A stretch of DNA of 64,000 nucleotides from Deltaproteobacteria bacterium. GTDB lineage: Bacteria > Myxococcota > Kuafuiibacteriia > Kuafuiibacteriales > Kuafuiibacteriaceae. Each line of letters starts with the position of its first letter. Positions within the stretch are counted from its first letter, which is position 1. The notes below the pieces were generated by a model that searched no databases, had not been told where the DNA came from, and worked only from the letters and a program-made list of their open reading frames with translations. The position numbers were made by a program, and so were the translations under genes. Shown here in pieces: positions 27,728 through 37,843 of the stretch. The stretch is from positions 96,001 through 160,000 of the forward strand of contig JAVJQW010000008.1 of NCBI GenBank assembly GCA_040218735.1, written 5' to 3'.

Positions 27728-29836
27728 TCAGTTCGGGTGGCACCCGTCCCCACCGCACACGTCGATGATCTCACCCGTCCTCAGGAACGTGGTCATCTGA
27801 ACGTTGTGGGCGGCGTCTCGGCGCGGCAGCCCGTGCGGGTCGTCGCCGTCGGTCGGCGGCAGGTTGCCGGGCTCGGGCCACGCGTTACCGAAGTCCCAGA
27901 GCACGACGCCCGACCCGGTGTGCGGATACGTCGCGGGCACCACCCCCCACACCGTGCGCTCGTCGTCGTAGTCCTCGAGGATCCGAACGCCCACGTCGGA
28001 GCGGGCGATGATCTCGTTCGTCACGACGGCGACCTGGTGGTCCCCCTTCGCCGGCCCGAGCAGCACCTCGTGCGACGGCGTGTTGGGGAACGGCGACTGC
28101 TTGATGTGCCGGTAGTGGCTCAGCGAATCGGTGCTGTCCCAGAGCAGCTGAACCGCCGCGAGCAGCACGGCCTGGTCCTTCGTGTCCGGGTAGGCCTCCG
28201 CGATCATCGTGAAGAACGGCGTGAAGTCGACGGAGCGGTGGAGCAGCGTCGAGTAGTTCGCGCCCGGCACGCCGAGGTGTCCGCGGGTGACGTCGGTCGA
28301 CAGCGCCATGTAGGTCGCGCCGAAGATGCCGCCCTGCGAGATGCCTTCGTAGTGGAAGTCGGAGGTGTCGATGTCGACGCCGACGTCGATGAGTGGCTGA
28401 AGCGTCGTGATGCGACCGCGCATCGCGCGGCCGAGGACCAGCGCGTCGATCATGCCCTGGTGAAGGGTGTCGGCGATCCACTCGAAGCCCGAGAGCGTCC
28501 GCACCGCGATGCCGACCGCGAGCTGCATGTCCGTGTCGAAGCCGGTCCAGTTGGTGCCGAAGTAGATCCACCCGTGGGTGTTCGCGACCTCCGCGTTGTG
28601 GCCGGCCCAAGTCTGCGAACCGCTGCCGAGCAGCCCGTGGCCGTACTGCAGGATGCCGTGGGTTCGCGTGGACGTCGCTGAGTGCGGCACGAGCATCCAC
28701 CAGTCGATCTGGTGGTTGCCGTCGCGCACGGGCATCCCGTCGCCGTCGCGGTTGAGCACCGTGCTCGTGAAGCCGGAGATCGACTTGGGTCCGAGGTAGT
28801 TCGGAACGGAGAGCGTACCGCGGATGCGCAGGCGGGTGTGTTCGTTGACCGGGAGGCCGCTCTTGTCGGCGACCGGGACGAACTCCTCCACCGTGGTCAC
28901 CGTGAGCGGGGGTCCGTCGGTGCCGACGATACCCAGCGCTTCGTCGCGCATCGCGAGGAGCGGTCCGTGCATCGCCTCGCTGCTCGCGGTGGTGAAGTCC
29001 CACGCGAGCTGCACGTCGTCGGTGTCGACGCCGGCGCGGCTGAGCTCGTTCCACATCGTGTCGAACGCTGCCTGGCGCGGCGCGAGCTGCGGGTCATTTG
29101 CCGTGTCTTGGGCGGCGAGTCGCGCGAAGGCGTCGCTGCGCGGGTAGACGGTACCGTTGGTGTCGGCGAGGCCGCGGACCGCGACGACGTAGCGCGACGC
29201 TTCGCGGAGGATCACCGCGGGGCGAACGAACAGGACGCGGTTCGCGGCGTCGGCTTCGTTGCCGTCGAGCTCGGCCCAGTAGGGGACGCGGACGAGTCCG
29301 CCCTTGCCGCCGGCGCGGAAGAGGAGGATCTCGGCGTCCGCGTCGAGGGACGCGCCGATGTCGTTCTCGTCGGGGAGATTCGTCGCGTCGAGGTCCGCGA
29401 AGTGCATCATGATCGGCTGGCCGGGGCCGTAGCCGTCGAGGCGTCGGTAGGGCTCGGGATCGATCTGTTGCCCGACGAGGTTCACCGCGAGGGAGGTCTC
29501 GCCGAACGCGAGTGTGTACCCGGTGACACGATCGCCGTCCTCCTCCAGGTAGAGGTTCGACGGCCACGGGAAGCTGCACACCGACGGCATCAGCGGATCG
29601 CAGTCGAGGTTCGGTCCGCCGTCCGGGGTGCCGCCGTCGCGGACGACGCCGCCGTCGCGGAAACCACCGTCGGGCGCGCTCCCCGCGTCTGCGAAGCCAC
29701 CGTCGCGCGGTGTGTCGCCGGCGTCGCGGACGCTGGAACCCGCGTCGCGCTCGGGCGTCGTCGTGTCGTCGTCGTCGCCGCCGCTGCAGGCGATCAGGGA
29801 GAGGAGGGCGAGGGGGGTGAAGTGAACGAGCCGCAC
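27728..29836 (-). CDS. Lipoprotein alpha/beta-hydrolase (extracellular lipase/esterase-like)
   Basis: Lipobox LIAC, RDAG linker, CSFPWPSN, YGHGLLG oxyanion-like motif, nucleophile elbow GISQGG, C-terminal DPHG. Confidence 0.8.
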   Translation of the reverse strand: MRLVHFTPLALLSLIACSGGDDDDTTTPERDAGSSVRDAGDTPRDGGFADAGSAPDGGFRDGGVVRDGGTPDGGPNLDCDPLMPSVCSFPWPSNLYLEEDGDRVTGYTLAFGETSLAVNLVGQQIDPEPYRRLDGYGPGQPIMMHFADLDATNLPDENDIGASLDADAEILLFRAGGKGGLVRVPYWAELDGNEADAANRVLFVRPAVILREASRYVVAVRGLADTNGTVYPRSDAFARLAAQDTANDPQLAPRQAAFDTMWNELSRAGVDTDDVQLAWDFTTASSEAMHGPLLAMRDEALGIVGTDGPPLTVTTVEEFVPVADKSGLPVNEHTRLRIRGTLSVPNYLGPKSISGFTSTVLNRDGDGMPVRDGNHQIDWWMLVPHSATSTRTHGILQYGHGLLGSGSQTWAGHNAEVANTHGWIYFGTNWTGFDTDMQLAVGIAVRTLSGFEWIADTLHQGMIDALVLGRAMRGRITTLQPLIDVGVDIDTSDFHYEGISQGGIFGATYMALSTDVTRGHLGVPGANYSTLLHRSVDFTPFFTMIAEAYPDTKDQAVLLAAVQLLWDSTDSLSHYRHIKQSPFPNTPSHEVLLGPAKGDHQVAVVTNEIIARSDVGVRILEDYDDERTVWGVVPATYPHTGSGVVLWDFGNAWPEPGNLPPTDGDDPHGLPRRDAAHNVQMTTFLRTGEIIDVCGGDGCHPN

Positions 29837-29893
29837 GCGCGAAGTTCTAGCGCATCACCGAGGCCGCGGCGAGCCGTTCGGAATTCGTTCGGG

Positions 29894-31075
29894 TCACAAG
29901 CGCGCCGCGACCGAGGCGCCGACGAGGTGGACGGCGCCGTCGTATTGCACCGTCGACGTCGACTCACTCGTGCCGTCCGAGCCGGTGAACAGCACGAACT
30001 GGTAGCCGAGATCCACGCGCACCTGCTCGATCAACTTCAGGCCTGCGCCCGCCGTCAGGCCGACGCGCGCCGAATCGGGTGAGCCCGGGCCGACGGTCTG
30101 CGACGGCACCGGCGAAGGATCGAAGTAGGCGCCCGCCCGTACGTCGAGGAAGTCGAGCACCGCGTAGCGCGCGCCGACCCGCGGCGTGAGCGTGGTCTTC
30201 CAGTTTCGGAGCTGCTCGATGTCGTCGGTTTCCTCGGACGCGAAGTCGAGATCCAGGCGGTCGACGGTGCTCCAGAGCGTCAGCTCGAGATCCGCGAGGA
30301 CCTCCCAGTCCTTCGCCGGACGGTAGCGCGCGCCGAGGCGGAATCGATCCGGCAGCGTCACCGACGTCGAGATCGCACCGTCCTGCACACGACCGGAGAA
30401 CTCCGGCGGCGCCTCGAAGTCCGCGAAGCCTTCGAACGACAGCTTCGTCCGCGACGCGTACGACAGGCCGACGTCGAGCGCGGCGAAGGGGCGCGCGAAC
30501 ACCGAAGCGCTCACGCCGATGCCGTTCGCCTGGGTCTCGATCGCCGCCGTGCCCTCGGTGTCGACGAAGTCGATCGACCGCACGAACCCGAGCTTCGCCG
30601 TGTCGAAGTGCGGGCCGACCGCGAACGAGAGGAATTCATACCGTCCGCTCAAGAAGGCCGACGCGCGGACAACGCGCATCTGCGCCGACCGCAGATCGAA
30701 GCGCCCTTCCCAGTACTCCGGCCACTCGACCTGCGACCCGAACGGCACCGTCACCGACGCGCCGATGCCGAACCGCTCGCCCATGAAGCGCACGTGCAGG
30801 TGCGGCGGGAGCGAGACGTCGCCGGACTTCGCGGAGAAGCCGTCCCCCGTCGCGGAGAGCGACGGCGCGGCGATCACCACGCCGAGCGAGGCGGCGAGGC
30901 CGGGTGACATCATTCCCGCCGCGGCGTTGTAGGTGTTGGCGCCCGGGTCCTCGGCGTTCGCCGCGCCCGCGCCGCCGACGCCCATCGCGGCGACGCTCTG
31001 GTCCGTCGTCGACCAACCGGCGCCGAGCGCGACGCCAGGGAACAACAGGAGGCTCGTGACGATGTACTTCTTCAT
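29894..31075 (-). CDS. fadL: FadL/OmpP1-family outer-membrane transporter of long-chain fatty acids or hydrophobic compounds
   Basis: Signal peptide, hatch motif DQSVAAMGVGGAG...TYNAAA, VPFGSQVEW, beta-barrel strands, FDPSPVP...PDSAR. Confidence 0.85.
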   Translation of the reverse strand: MKKYIVTSLLLFPGVALGAGWSTTDQSVAAMGVGGAGAANAEDPGANTYNAAAGMMSPGLAASLGVVIAAPSLSATGDGFSAKSGDVSLPPHLHVRFMGERFGIGASVTVPFGSQVEWPEYWEGRFDLRSAQMRVVRASAFLSGRYEFLSFAVGPHFDTAKLGFVRSIDFVDTEGTAAIETQANGIGVSASVFARPFAALDVGLSYASRTKLSFEGFADFEAPPEFSGRVQDGAISTSVTLPDRFRLGARYRPAKDWEVLADLELTLWSTVDRLDLDFASEETDDIEQLRNWKTTLTPRVGARYAVLDFLDVRAGAYFDPSPVPSQTVGPGSPDSARVGLTAGAGLKLIEQVRVDLGYQFVLFTGSDGTSESTSTVQYDGAVHLVGASVAARL

Positions 31076-33618
31076 GGCATCTCTCCGCGACCGAGCAGAC
31101 GCGCGATGTCCCGCACGCCGACGATGTACGCAGGCTCGACGGGGATCACGAGGAAGCCGTGCTCACCGATGTAGTCCTTCTTGGGCACGCCCGACAGCTC
31201 GGCGAGCCGCTCCGTCGTGACGTTGGGGATGATCAGATCGAGCGTCGCCATCTGGATGAGCACCTGCCGCGGAGGCAGCGGGCCCATCGTGTCGAACGAT
31301 CGATTCAGTAGAAACGGCGCGAACGTGTGCGGGTCGACCGGGTCCGTGATCCAGCGACCGATGTTCAACACCTGCTCGTGTTCGTCGCTCCCGTACTCGA
31401 TCTCCTCGCGGACGAGCAGCGCATCGAGGTGCGACTGGAACACCGTCGACTCGCGGAACAGGTCGATCAGATCCGACCCCGGCACGTTGAGCACCGAACG
31501 CTGGATGTCCGGGTGCACCGCCGTGAACAGCGCGCCGTTGATCCCGCCTAGGCTCTGCCCCACGTAGCGGATGTCCGGGTCGATGTCGTAGCCGATCGCC
31601 TCGCGCCAGTTCCCTTCGCGGAGCGAACGCAGCAATGCAGACAGATCCGTCACCGACTGATGGAAGTGATCGCGCGTGCCGTTCATCGAGCTCACATCGA
31701 CGAACGCCGCGCCCGACGCCTGCGGGAAGCCGACGATCGGCCAGTCGTCGAGCGCGTTGCCCTCGCCGTTGCTGTCGACGCAGCGTCCGTCCGGCGAGCA
31801 CTCCGTCCCGCGCTCACACGGGTTCGGGCAGATCATGTCGCCGCCCTGATCGCGTGGGTTCACGAAGCACTGCGGCCCGCTCCACGCGCAGTGCGAGCGG
31901 AGCCCGTGGTACGGCATGTCCACCGAGATGACCGCCATCCCCTCGCCCGCGAGCGCGTCGGCGATCGCGAGGACGAAGCGCCGCTCGGTCATCAGCCCGT
32001 GGCCGAAGATGGCCACCGGCAGCGGCTCGCCCTCGTCGTGGCCGCGGGGGATCGACATCGTGAAGTGGATCTTCTTCAGGTCGAACCGACGGTCCTCGCG
32101 GCGCGACCGCGACACCGGGTCCATGAAGTCCGGCGTGATGATCGTCCCGTGCACCACCTTGGCGACGCGCAGCAGCGTCAGCGAGGAGAGCGGGAAGTCG
32201 AGCGCCGCCTGGATCGGCGACACCTCTTCGATGTCCATCGGATCGACCGGCGTCTCCGCCGTCGCGGCTGCGTCGCGCGCCTGCCGCATCTTCTCGTAGA
32301 CGGACATCGTCTTGAACGACCACGCCGCCGCGACCTCGGTGCGATCCAACGCAAGACGATCCAGCGCGCCGACCGTTCGGCTGCGAACGAACTCCACCCG
32401 CGCCGCGGTCTCGCCGTCGAGGGTCCCGAGGTCGGAGCGCCCGTCGACGAACACCGGCGCGTCGAGCATCGCGAGTGTGCCGGGGAGCATCGGGACGAGC
32501 GGCTGGCCCTCGGTGTCGAGCAAGCCGGTCGTCACGACGACGACGTGACGCGTCGCGGGCTCGAGCGGCTTGCCGGGGAGCTCGATGGTGATCGACTGGT
32601 CGCGCGTCCGCGTGCGCAGCTCGATCTCGACCTCCTCCACGTCGCCGTCTTCGGGCACCGCGTACAGACGCACCGTCTCGGGCGTGAGGGTGCTCGGATC
32701 GATCGGGTCGGTGAGCTCGAACGTCAGGTTCGCCGACAGCGCGAACCCGTCCAGCGTCCGCAGGTCCGTCTTGATGTTCTTGAACATCTCGGAGTCGTCG
32801 TCGTGGATCGGAATGTCGATCAGCCCGCTCCCCGGGTCGCGGAGGAAGTCGGAGGGCAGCGGCATCTTCCCTTCGTCGGAGTCCATGACGATCGCGGTGC
32901 GCGCGCTGACGGTGAACGACCACAGCGACACGACCTCCTCACGCGGGACGCCGAGCGACTCGAGGTGCTCGAAGTACGGGGCGAGCTCGAGTCGGATCTC
33001 CTCGAGTTTCTCGGCCGCCTCCTCGCGCTCCTCGACGGTGTCGCCGGGCAGCGCGTTGACGTGATCCGTCAGCGGCTCCTCGAGGCGGAGGAAGTAGAAC
33101 GCGGCGTCGGCCACGACCTCTTCACCCTCGGCGCCGCGCAGGCCGCGCTCGCCGCCGAGCGCGACGGCGAAGTACGAACGTCCGCGCGTCCACCGACCGG
33201 CGGTCGGGTGGGCGAGGAGTTTCTTCGGGCGGAACTCCGTGTCGCCGTCGACATGGACCTCGACGCTCTTGATCCCCTCCGGGGCGATCTCGAAGACCCG
33301 CAAGTTGTCTTGCGTGACGCTGCGCTCGTCGAGCGGCGCGGTGAAATTCACCTCGGCGTCCATCTCCGGGGGCCACGCGTCGCGCGAGTTGAGCGCGTGG
33401 ATGAACGCGATCTCCGCGGGCGTCTTTTCCTCGAGGTCAGTCGGTTCCGCCGGGATCTGAAGCTGGGGGATCGCGGCGTCGCGCAGGATGTCCGTCGGGC
33501 GTGGGATCTCCCCGGCGTTCGGGTCGAACACCGCCCGTACATAGTCGGGCTCGACACTCGGTGCTTCGAGCGCGCAGCCCAGAGCGAGGGAAGTCAGTGC
33601 AATCGCGGCCTTCCTCAT
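31072..33618 (-). CDS. Lipoprotein lipase-like protein (Pla-1/VolA-like: duplicated Ig-like N-domains plus an alpha/beta-hydrolase)
   Basis: ATG 33618, lipobox LALGC, two IPxPxD...DG/DA N-terminal modules, VAIFGHGL, VISVDMPYHGLR, Cys-rich insert, GQSLGG, EHGFL. ATGA coupling to fadL. Confidence 0.82.
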   Translation of the reverse strand: MRKAAIALTSLALGCALEAPSVEPDYVRAVFDPNAGEIPRPTDILRDAAIPQLQIPAEPTDLEEKTPAEIAFIHALNSRDAWPPEMDAEVNFTAPLDERSVTQDNLRVFEIAPEGIKSVEVHVDGDTEFRPKKLLAHPTAGRWTRGRSYFAVALGGERGLRGAEGEEVVADAAFYFLRLEEPLTDHVNALPGDTVEEREEAAEKLEEIRLELAPYFEHLESLGVPREEVVSLWSFTVSARTAIVMDSDEGKMPLPSDFLRDPGSGLIDIPIHDDDSEMFKNIKTDLRTLDGFALSANLTFELTDPIDPSTLTPETVRLYAVPEDGDVEEVEIELRTRTRDQSITIELPGKPLEPATRHVVVVTTGLLDTEGQPLVPMLPGTLAMLDAPVFVDGRSDLGTLDGETAARVEFVRSRTVGALDRLALDRTEVAAAWSFKTMSVYEKMRQARDAAATAETPVDPMDIEEVSPIQAALDFPLSSLTLLRVAKVVHGTIITPDFMDPVSRSRREDRRFDLKKIHFTMSIPRGHDEGEPLPVAIFGHGLMTERRFVLAIADALAGEGMAVISVDMPYHGLRSHCAWSGPQCFVNPRDQGGDMICPNPCERGTECSPDGRCVDSNGEGNALDDWPIVGFPQASGAAFVDVSSMNGTRDHFHQSVTDLSALLRSLREGNWREAIGYDIDPDIRYVGQSLGGINGALFTAVHPDIQRSVLNVPGSDLIDLFRESTVFQSHLDALLVREEIEYGSDEHEQVLNIGRWITDPVDPHTFAPFLLNRSFDTMGPLPPRQVLIQMATLDLIIPNVTTERLAELSGVPKKDYIGEHGFLVIPVEPAYIVGVRDIARLLGRGEMP

Positions 33619-33624
33619 AACGCG

Positions 33625-33650
33625 CGGAGTCAAATCGATTCCGGAGTCAA
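33625..33650. promoter_or_regulatory. 9-bp direct repeat / imperfect palindrome upstream of the lipase-fadL operon
   Basis: CGGAGTCAA at 33625-33633 and 33642-33650 (17-bp period; TTGACTCCG on the minus strand). TCGATTCCGGAGTCAA is also an imperfect palindrome. Confidence 0.45.
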
Positions 33651-33728
33651 TGTCTATCCTGCCGCCGGACGAGAGGACGCGCGTCCACACCTCGGACCGC
33701 TGCGTCCAAGGTGGTAGGGTCGCCGGCC

Positions 33729-34052
33729 ATGGCCCTGACGGAGTCGCAGTTCGAGATGCAGGCCGACACCACCCTCAACAAGATGGTGGACGCCCTCGCG
33801 GACCTCGAGGACGACGCGCTCGAGGCGGACCTCGAGAGCGGCGTGCTCAGCCTGCGCTTCGAGGACGGATCCAAGTATGTGGTGAACAGCCATCGCGCGG
33901 CGCGTCAGATCTGGATGGCCGCCGGCGCCACCGCCTGGCACTTCGACTACGACGGGCAGCAGTGGATCGCCGCGAAGTCGGGTGACGAGCTGTGGGATAC
34001 CGTCGAGAAGTGTACGAGCGAGAAGCTCGGCCGTCCCATCCGACTGCGCTGA
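33729..34052 (+). CDS. cyaY: Iron donor protein CyaY (frataxin)
   Basis: MALTESQFEMQAD...ESGVLSLRFEDGSKYVVNSHRAARQIWMAA...HFDYDGQQW. Confidence 0.92.
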   Translation: MALTESQFEMQADTTLNKMVDALADLEDDALEADLESGVLSLRFEDGSKYVVNSHRAARQIWMAAGATAWHFDYDGQQWIAAKSGDELWDTVEKCTSEKLGRPIRLR

Positions 34053-34137
34053 TCATCCGCTGAGATCATAAATCCGCGCTCAAGCCGAGACGGAAAACGT
34101 CGACCTGATCCGTCGTGAAGGGGGACGTCCGTTTTCG

Positions 34138-35331
34138 ATGAGCAAGGCCGCGACCATCCTGGTGCTGGGCGATCCCGGCCCGTTTCGTAAGGAGCTCCTC
34201 ATCCACAAGGAGATCGAGGTCATCTGGGCGTCGTCCCCGGAAGACGCCGCGCGGATCCTCGCCGACACGACGATCGACGCGTGCATCGTCGCGCCCGAGT
34301 TTCGGGATCGCGTCGACGTGCTGAAGACGGATCTCATCCACGTCCCGTGCATCGCGCTGCAGCCGACGAACCGTGAAGCGCAGCGCCCCGACTTCGCGTC
34401 CGTCGTCGAAGTCGAGAAGGTCGACTCACTCGTCGCGCTCCTCTCCGAGCATACCGGCCTGCAGTTCGCGCGTTACCCGCGCGCCGACGTCCTCGCGCCC
34501 GTCACGCTCCAACACAACGGTCGCGTTCATCACCTCGACTCGATCGACCTGTCGCTCTCTGGCATCGCGATAGCCGCGTTCCCACCCGCGCAGGTCGGCA
34601 CGCGCTTCGAGCTGATCCTCGACGTCGGCGAACGGAGCCTGCACCTCACCGCGCGCGTCGTTCGTTGGTTCGAGCACCAGGGCCAGCGCGCCGCGGGGCT
34701 CACCTTCGTCGACGTGACCGAGTCGCAACGCGAAGTGATCGGCGCGGCGGTCAAGAAGGTCCTGCAGTGGGGTGGCGACGATCGCCTCTCCGCGGACACG
34801 CTGTTCGGTGACCTCGGCCTCGAGAACCTCGAGCCGCAGGCGCTCCGCACGCTCGACGTGGCCAACAAGGTCCCGGCGTTCGTCCTGCGCACACAAGACC
34901 TCGAGATTCCGCGGTTGTGCCAGCTGCTCGACGGCGAAGAGATCCTCGCCCCCGATTGGCTCGGGGAGCTCGCCGAAGATCTCACCGCCGTCGAAGCCGC
35001 CGCGGCGCGCGGGCGCCCCTGTCCGGCGTGGGCGCACCGCGTCCTCCGGCTGCGACTCCACCTCGCGCACGCGAAGAGCACGACGCGGAAGGACAAGATC
35101 CCATCCTCGCTCCTCGACGAGGCGTACCGGGTGTTCGAGTCCCTCCGCGACGAGGGCGTGGGTCAGAGCGGCTCGATGGTTGCGCAGATCGGTCGCATCC
35201 GCGCGGCGCTTCTGCGGAACATCGTCTCCTCGCGGAAGAAGCCGCTCCCCGTTCCGCGCCGCGCCGGGTCCGAGGTGAAGGCGGTCGACGCCTCGGAGAT
35301 CATCACCGGGCCGCTCCCCGCCTTCCGCTGA
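34138..35331 (+). CDS. PilZ-domain protein with a degenerate receiver-like N-terminus
   Basis: ARYPR (RxxR-like, not a full RxxxR), DLSLSG (DxSxxG), ARVVRW, GLTFVD. Confidence 0.75.
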   Translation: MSKAATILVLGDPGPFRKELLIHKEIEVIWASSPEDAARILADTTIDACIVAPEFRDRVDVLKTDLIHVPCIALQPTNREAQRPDFASVVEVEKVDSLVALLSEHTGLQFARYPRADVLAPVTLQHNGRVHHLDSIDLSLSGIAIAAFPPAQVGTRFELILDVGERSLHLTARVVRWFEHQGQRAAGLTFVDVTESQREVIGAAVKKVLQWGGDDRLSADTLFGDLGLENLEPQALRTLDVANKVPAFVLRTQDLEIPRLCQLLDGEEILAPDWLGELAEDLTAVEAAAARGRPCPAWAHRVLRLRLHLAHAKSTTRKDKIPSSLLDEAYRVFESLRDEGVGQSGSMVAQIGRIRAALLRNIVSSRKKPLPVPRRAGSEVKAVDASEIITGPLPAFR

Positions 35332-35334
35332 TTC

Positions 35335-37830
35335 CTACGGCGCGTAGCGAAGCGTCTGCACCGACATCTCCGTCACCAACGCGCGCGTGAGCGGCGCGGG
35401 GAGGAGCGCGTCGAGGTCGCCCTCCGCCACGTTCTCCAACGCCGGCAACACGTCCGCGAAGTGCGGGCTCGTGACGTGCTCGCTCACGCCGGGCGGCGCG
35501 ATCGCTTCCGCCGCGTCCACGTCCGAGAAGTCGATCGACGCGGTGTACGACGTGACGTTCACCGACGCGATCGTGTTGGTGTTGTTGCGGTCGAGTCGAA
35601 CCGACGTGTCGTACTGCGTGTCGAGCGAGCAGAAGTTGGCGTTCGTCGTGTAGTCGAGGCAGCTCCAGTTCGCCTGGAACTGAATCGGCGTCGGCGGCGG
35701 CGGGACGACGCTCGGCCACTGTGACGGGTCGGCGACCACGCCGTCACCGCGCGCGTCGTTCCACAACAGCGCCGCGACGGTGATCGCGAACTGCTGCAGC
35801 TCGGGCGTGACCTGGCCGGTGCGATCGAACGTCTTGAGCGCGAAGGCCACGCCGCCGGCGGCTTCGTTGTACGTGCAGGAGAACTCGGGGTTCGCGCCGT
35901 AGCGGGACTGCTGGATCATGCGCGGCCCGGCGCGGCGGGTGATCGGGAACCACGGGTTCGAATTCTCGATCTGCGCGCCGCTCGCGAGCCACAGCCGCAG
36001 CGCGGCGAGCGTCTTGCCGGCCATCTCGTTGCGCGTCACGCCGAAGTCGTTGGCGGCTGGGATCGAGATCGTCCCACTCGCGAGGAGGGCTTCGAGGACG
36101 TCGGCGAGGAGCTCGACGTGTGTTCCGCCCGCGTCGAAGTGGAACGCGTGGATCGTGCGCGGCGTGACCGCCGCGGACGTCCCGAGCGCGCGATCGAAGA
36201 GGTAGCGGAGTCGGAGGCTGCGGAGCGAGTCACCGTTGCCGGCGAGCCCGGTGTAGCCGACGACGTCGTCGTACCAGCTGCCGACCGGGAGGTGGTTCCC
36301 GGAGAAGAGGTAGCCCTCCGGCGGGTCGATCACGAAGGGGTGCCAGTCGAGGCCGCGGATGCTCCGCCAGTCGTTGGCGCGCGTACTGCCGTCGAACGGG
36401 ATGCGGCCGGTGAGGTCGAGGCCCTGCACGACGTTCCGCACGCGCTCCGGCATCCCGAACAGCGCGTGGTAGGCGATGTGGCCGGGGCCAGTGTCGCCGC
36501 GGTCGACGCCCGCGTAGAGCGCGTTGACGGTCGGCGACATCCACTCGTTCAGCGCGGCCCGGTATTCTGCAAGGGAGGTTGCGCGCATCATGTTCAGGAC
36601 GGCGACCATCGTGTGGCGGTCGGGCTCGAAGTGCTCCACGTGGCGCACGGCGAACTCACGGCCGGCGGGGACGTTCGCCAGTGACTCGGTGACGACGGGT
36701 CCGAAGACCGACTCGCGGATCGTGATGGTGACCGGGGCGCCGAACCGAACGGCGATCGTCTCGGTGTGGGTGTCGTAGGTGAGCGTCTGTCCGTCGACGA
36801 CGTAGCCGGTGCCGCGCGGGGAGAGCTCGAAGAGGTCGCCGATGTCGCCGCCGCCGGCGGTGACGGTCTGGCCGACGTACTCGTTCCAGAAGATGATGAA
36901 GCCGGGCGCGCCCGCGAAGCCGACGCCGCGCGCGTTCATCTCCTGCGTGTGCACGTGAGATTGGTACAGCGGCGAGGGACCGTTGAGCGGGAGCTTCGGA
37001 TCCGTGAACAGCGCGCTCTTGCCGGTGGTGAGCCGCGACCCGTGCACGACCCAGCCGTGGCTCGCCTTGAACTCGATCTCGGGGCGAATCTCCGTGCCCG
37101 GTTGGTGGCAGGCGTAGATGCTCCCCGGCGGCGGCCACTCGCCGTCTTCGGGTTGCGGTACGACCGCGGCGCTCTCGTCGATCGGGCGGTCGCAGGGCGG
37201 GAGGGAGCAGCCGTTGCCATCCTCGCAGTCGAGGAGTTTGTTGATCTCCGACTGGATGTTGGGTCCGCCGAACGCGCGACCGACGAAGTCCCAGACGAGG
37301 AGGGCGTCCTCCGGGCGCCACGGATCGACGCTCGTGATGCCCGCCGACGTGAACGCGTCCGACAGTGTGAAGCTCGAGCTCGCGAGGTACGCGTTGACGC
37401 CGTCGGCGAAGGCCTTCAGGAGCCTGGGCGTGTCGCCGGGGAGGCGGTTCCACTTGGCCTGCGCGATGCGGTCGTAGCCGATGCGTCGGACGAGGCTGTC
37501 CTTCGCGATCAGGTCTTGGTTGAAGGCGCGTCGTTGATTGAGGTCGGCGCCGGTCGCCTGACTCTCGTCCTCGGCGAAGTGCTCCGCGAGGCGGCCTTGC
37601 ATCGCGAGGCGTCGATAGTTCATCTGGAAGAGGCGGTCCTGCGCCTGGGCGTAGCCGAGCCCGTACATCGCGGCGGCGGTGCTGCGCGCGTAGATGTGGG
37701 GAGTGCCGGTTTCGTCGCGCGCGATCGTGACGCTTTCGCCCGTGACGTGATCGAGGGTGGTGGCGGTGTCTTCTGCGCCGCGCTCGCAGGCGAGCAGCGC
37801 GAGCGGGAGCAGGGTGAGGATGCGTTTCAT
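35335..37830 (-). CDS. Penicillin acylase / AHL-acylase-family Ntn-hydrolase, lipoprotein
   Basis: Lipobox LLAC, VTIARDETGTPHIYA, YGLGYAQAQDRLFQM, GRLAE, FADGVNAY, PWRPED. The predicted beta-chain starts at A|SHGWVV...DPKL. IDPPEGYLFSGN. Confidence 0.88.
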   Translation of the reverse strand: MKRILTLLPLALLACERGAEDTATTLDHVTGESVTIARDETGTPHIYARSTAAAMYGLGYAQAQDRLFQMNYRRLAMQGRLAEHFAEDESQATGADLNQRRAFNQDLIAKDSLVRRIGYDRIAQAKWNRLPGDTPRLLKAFADGVNAYLASSSFTLSDAFTSAGITSVDPWRPEDALLVWDFVGRAFGGPNIQSEINKLLDCEDGNGCSLPPCDRPIDESAAVVPQPEDGEWPPPGSIYACHQPGTEIRPEIEFKASHGWVVHGSRLTTGKSALFTDPKLPLNGPSPLYQSHVHTQEMNARGVGFAGAPGFIIFWNEYVGQTVTAGGGDIGDLFELSPRGTGYVVDGQTLTYDTHTETIAVRFGAPVTITIRESVFGPVVTESLANVPAGREFAVRHVEHFEPDRHTMVAVLNMMRATSLAEYRAALNEWMSPTVNALYAGVDRGDTGPGHIAYHALFGMPERVRNVVQGLDLTGRIPFDGSTRANDWRSIRGLDWHPFVIDPPEGYLFSGNHLPVGSWYDDVVGYTGLAGNGDSLRSLRLRYLFDRALGTSAAVTPRTIHAFHFDAGGTHVELLADVLEALLASGTISIPAANDFGVTRNEMAGKTLAALRLWLASGAQIENSNPWFPITRRAGPRMIQQSRYGANPEFSCTYNEAAGGVAFALKTFDRTGQVTPELQQFAITVAALLWNDARGDGVVADPSQWPSVVPPPPTPIQFQANWSCLDYTTNANFCSLDTQYDTSVRLDRNNTNTIASVNVTSYTASIDFSDVDAAEAIAPPGVSEHVTSPHFADVLPALENVAEGDLDALLPAPLTRALVTEMSVQTLRYAP

Positions 37831-37843
37831 GCGCCCCGGCCAG

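Noticed and set aside
34090-34137. Possible hairpin (GAAAACG...CGTTTTC) around the SD of the PilZ gene, considered as a riboswitch
   Set aside because: The stem is short, and I recognise no riboswitch consensus such as the c-di-GMP aptamer.
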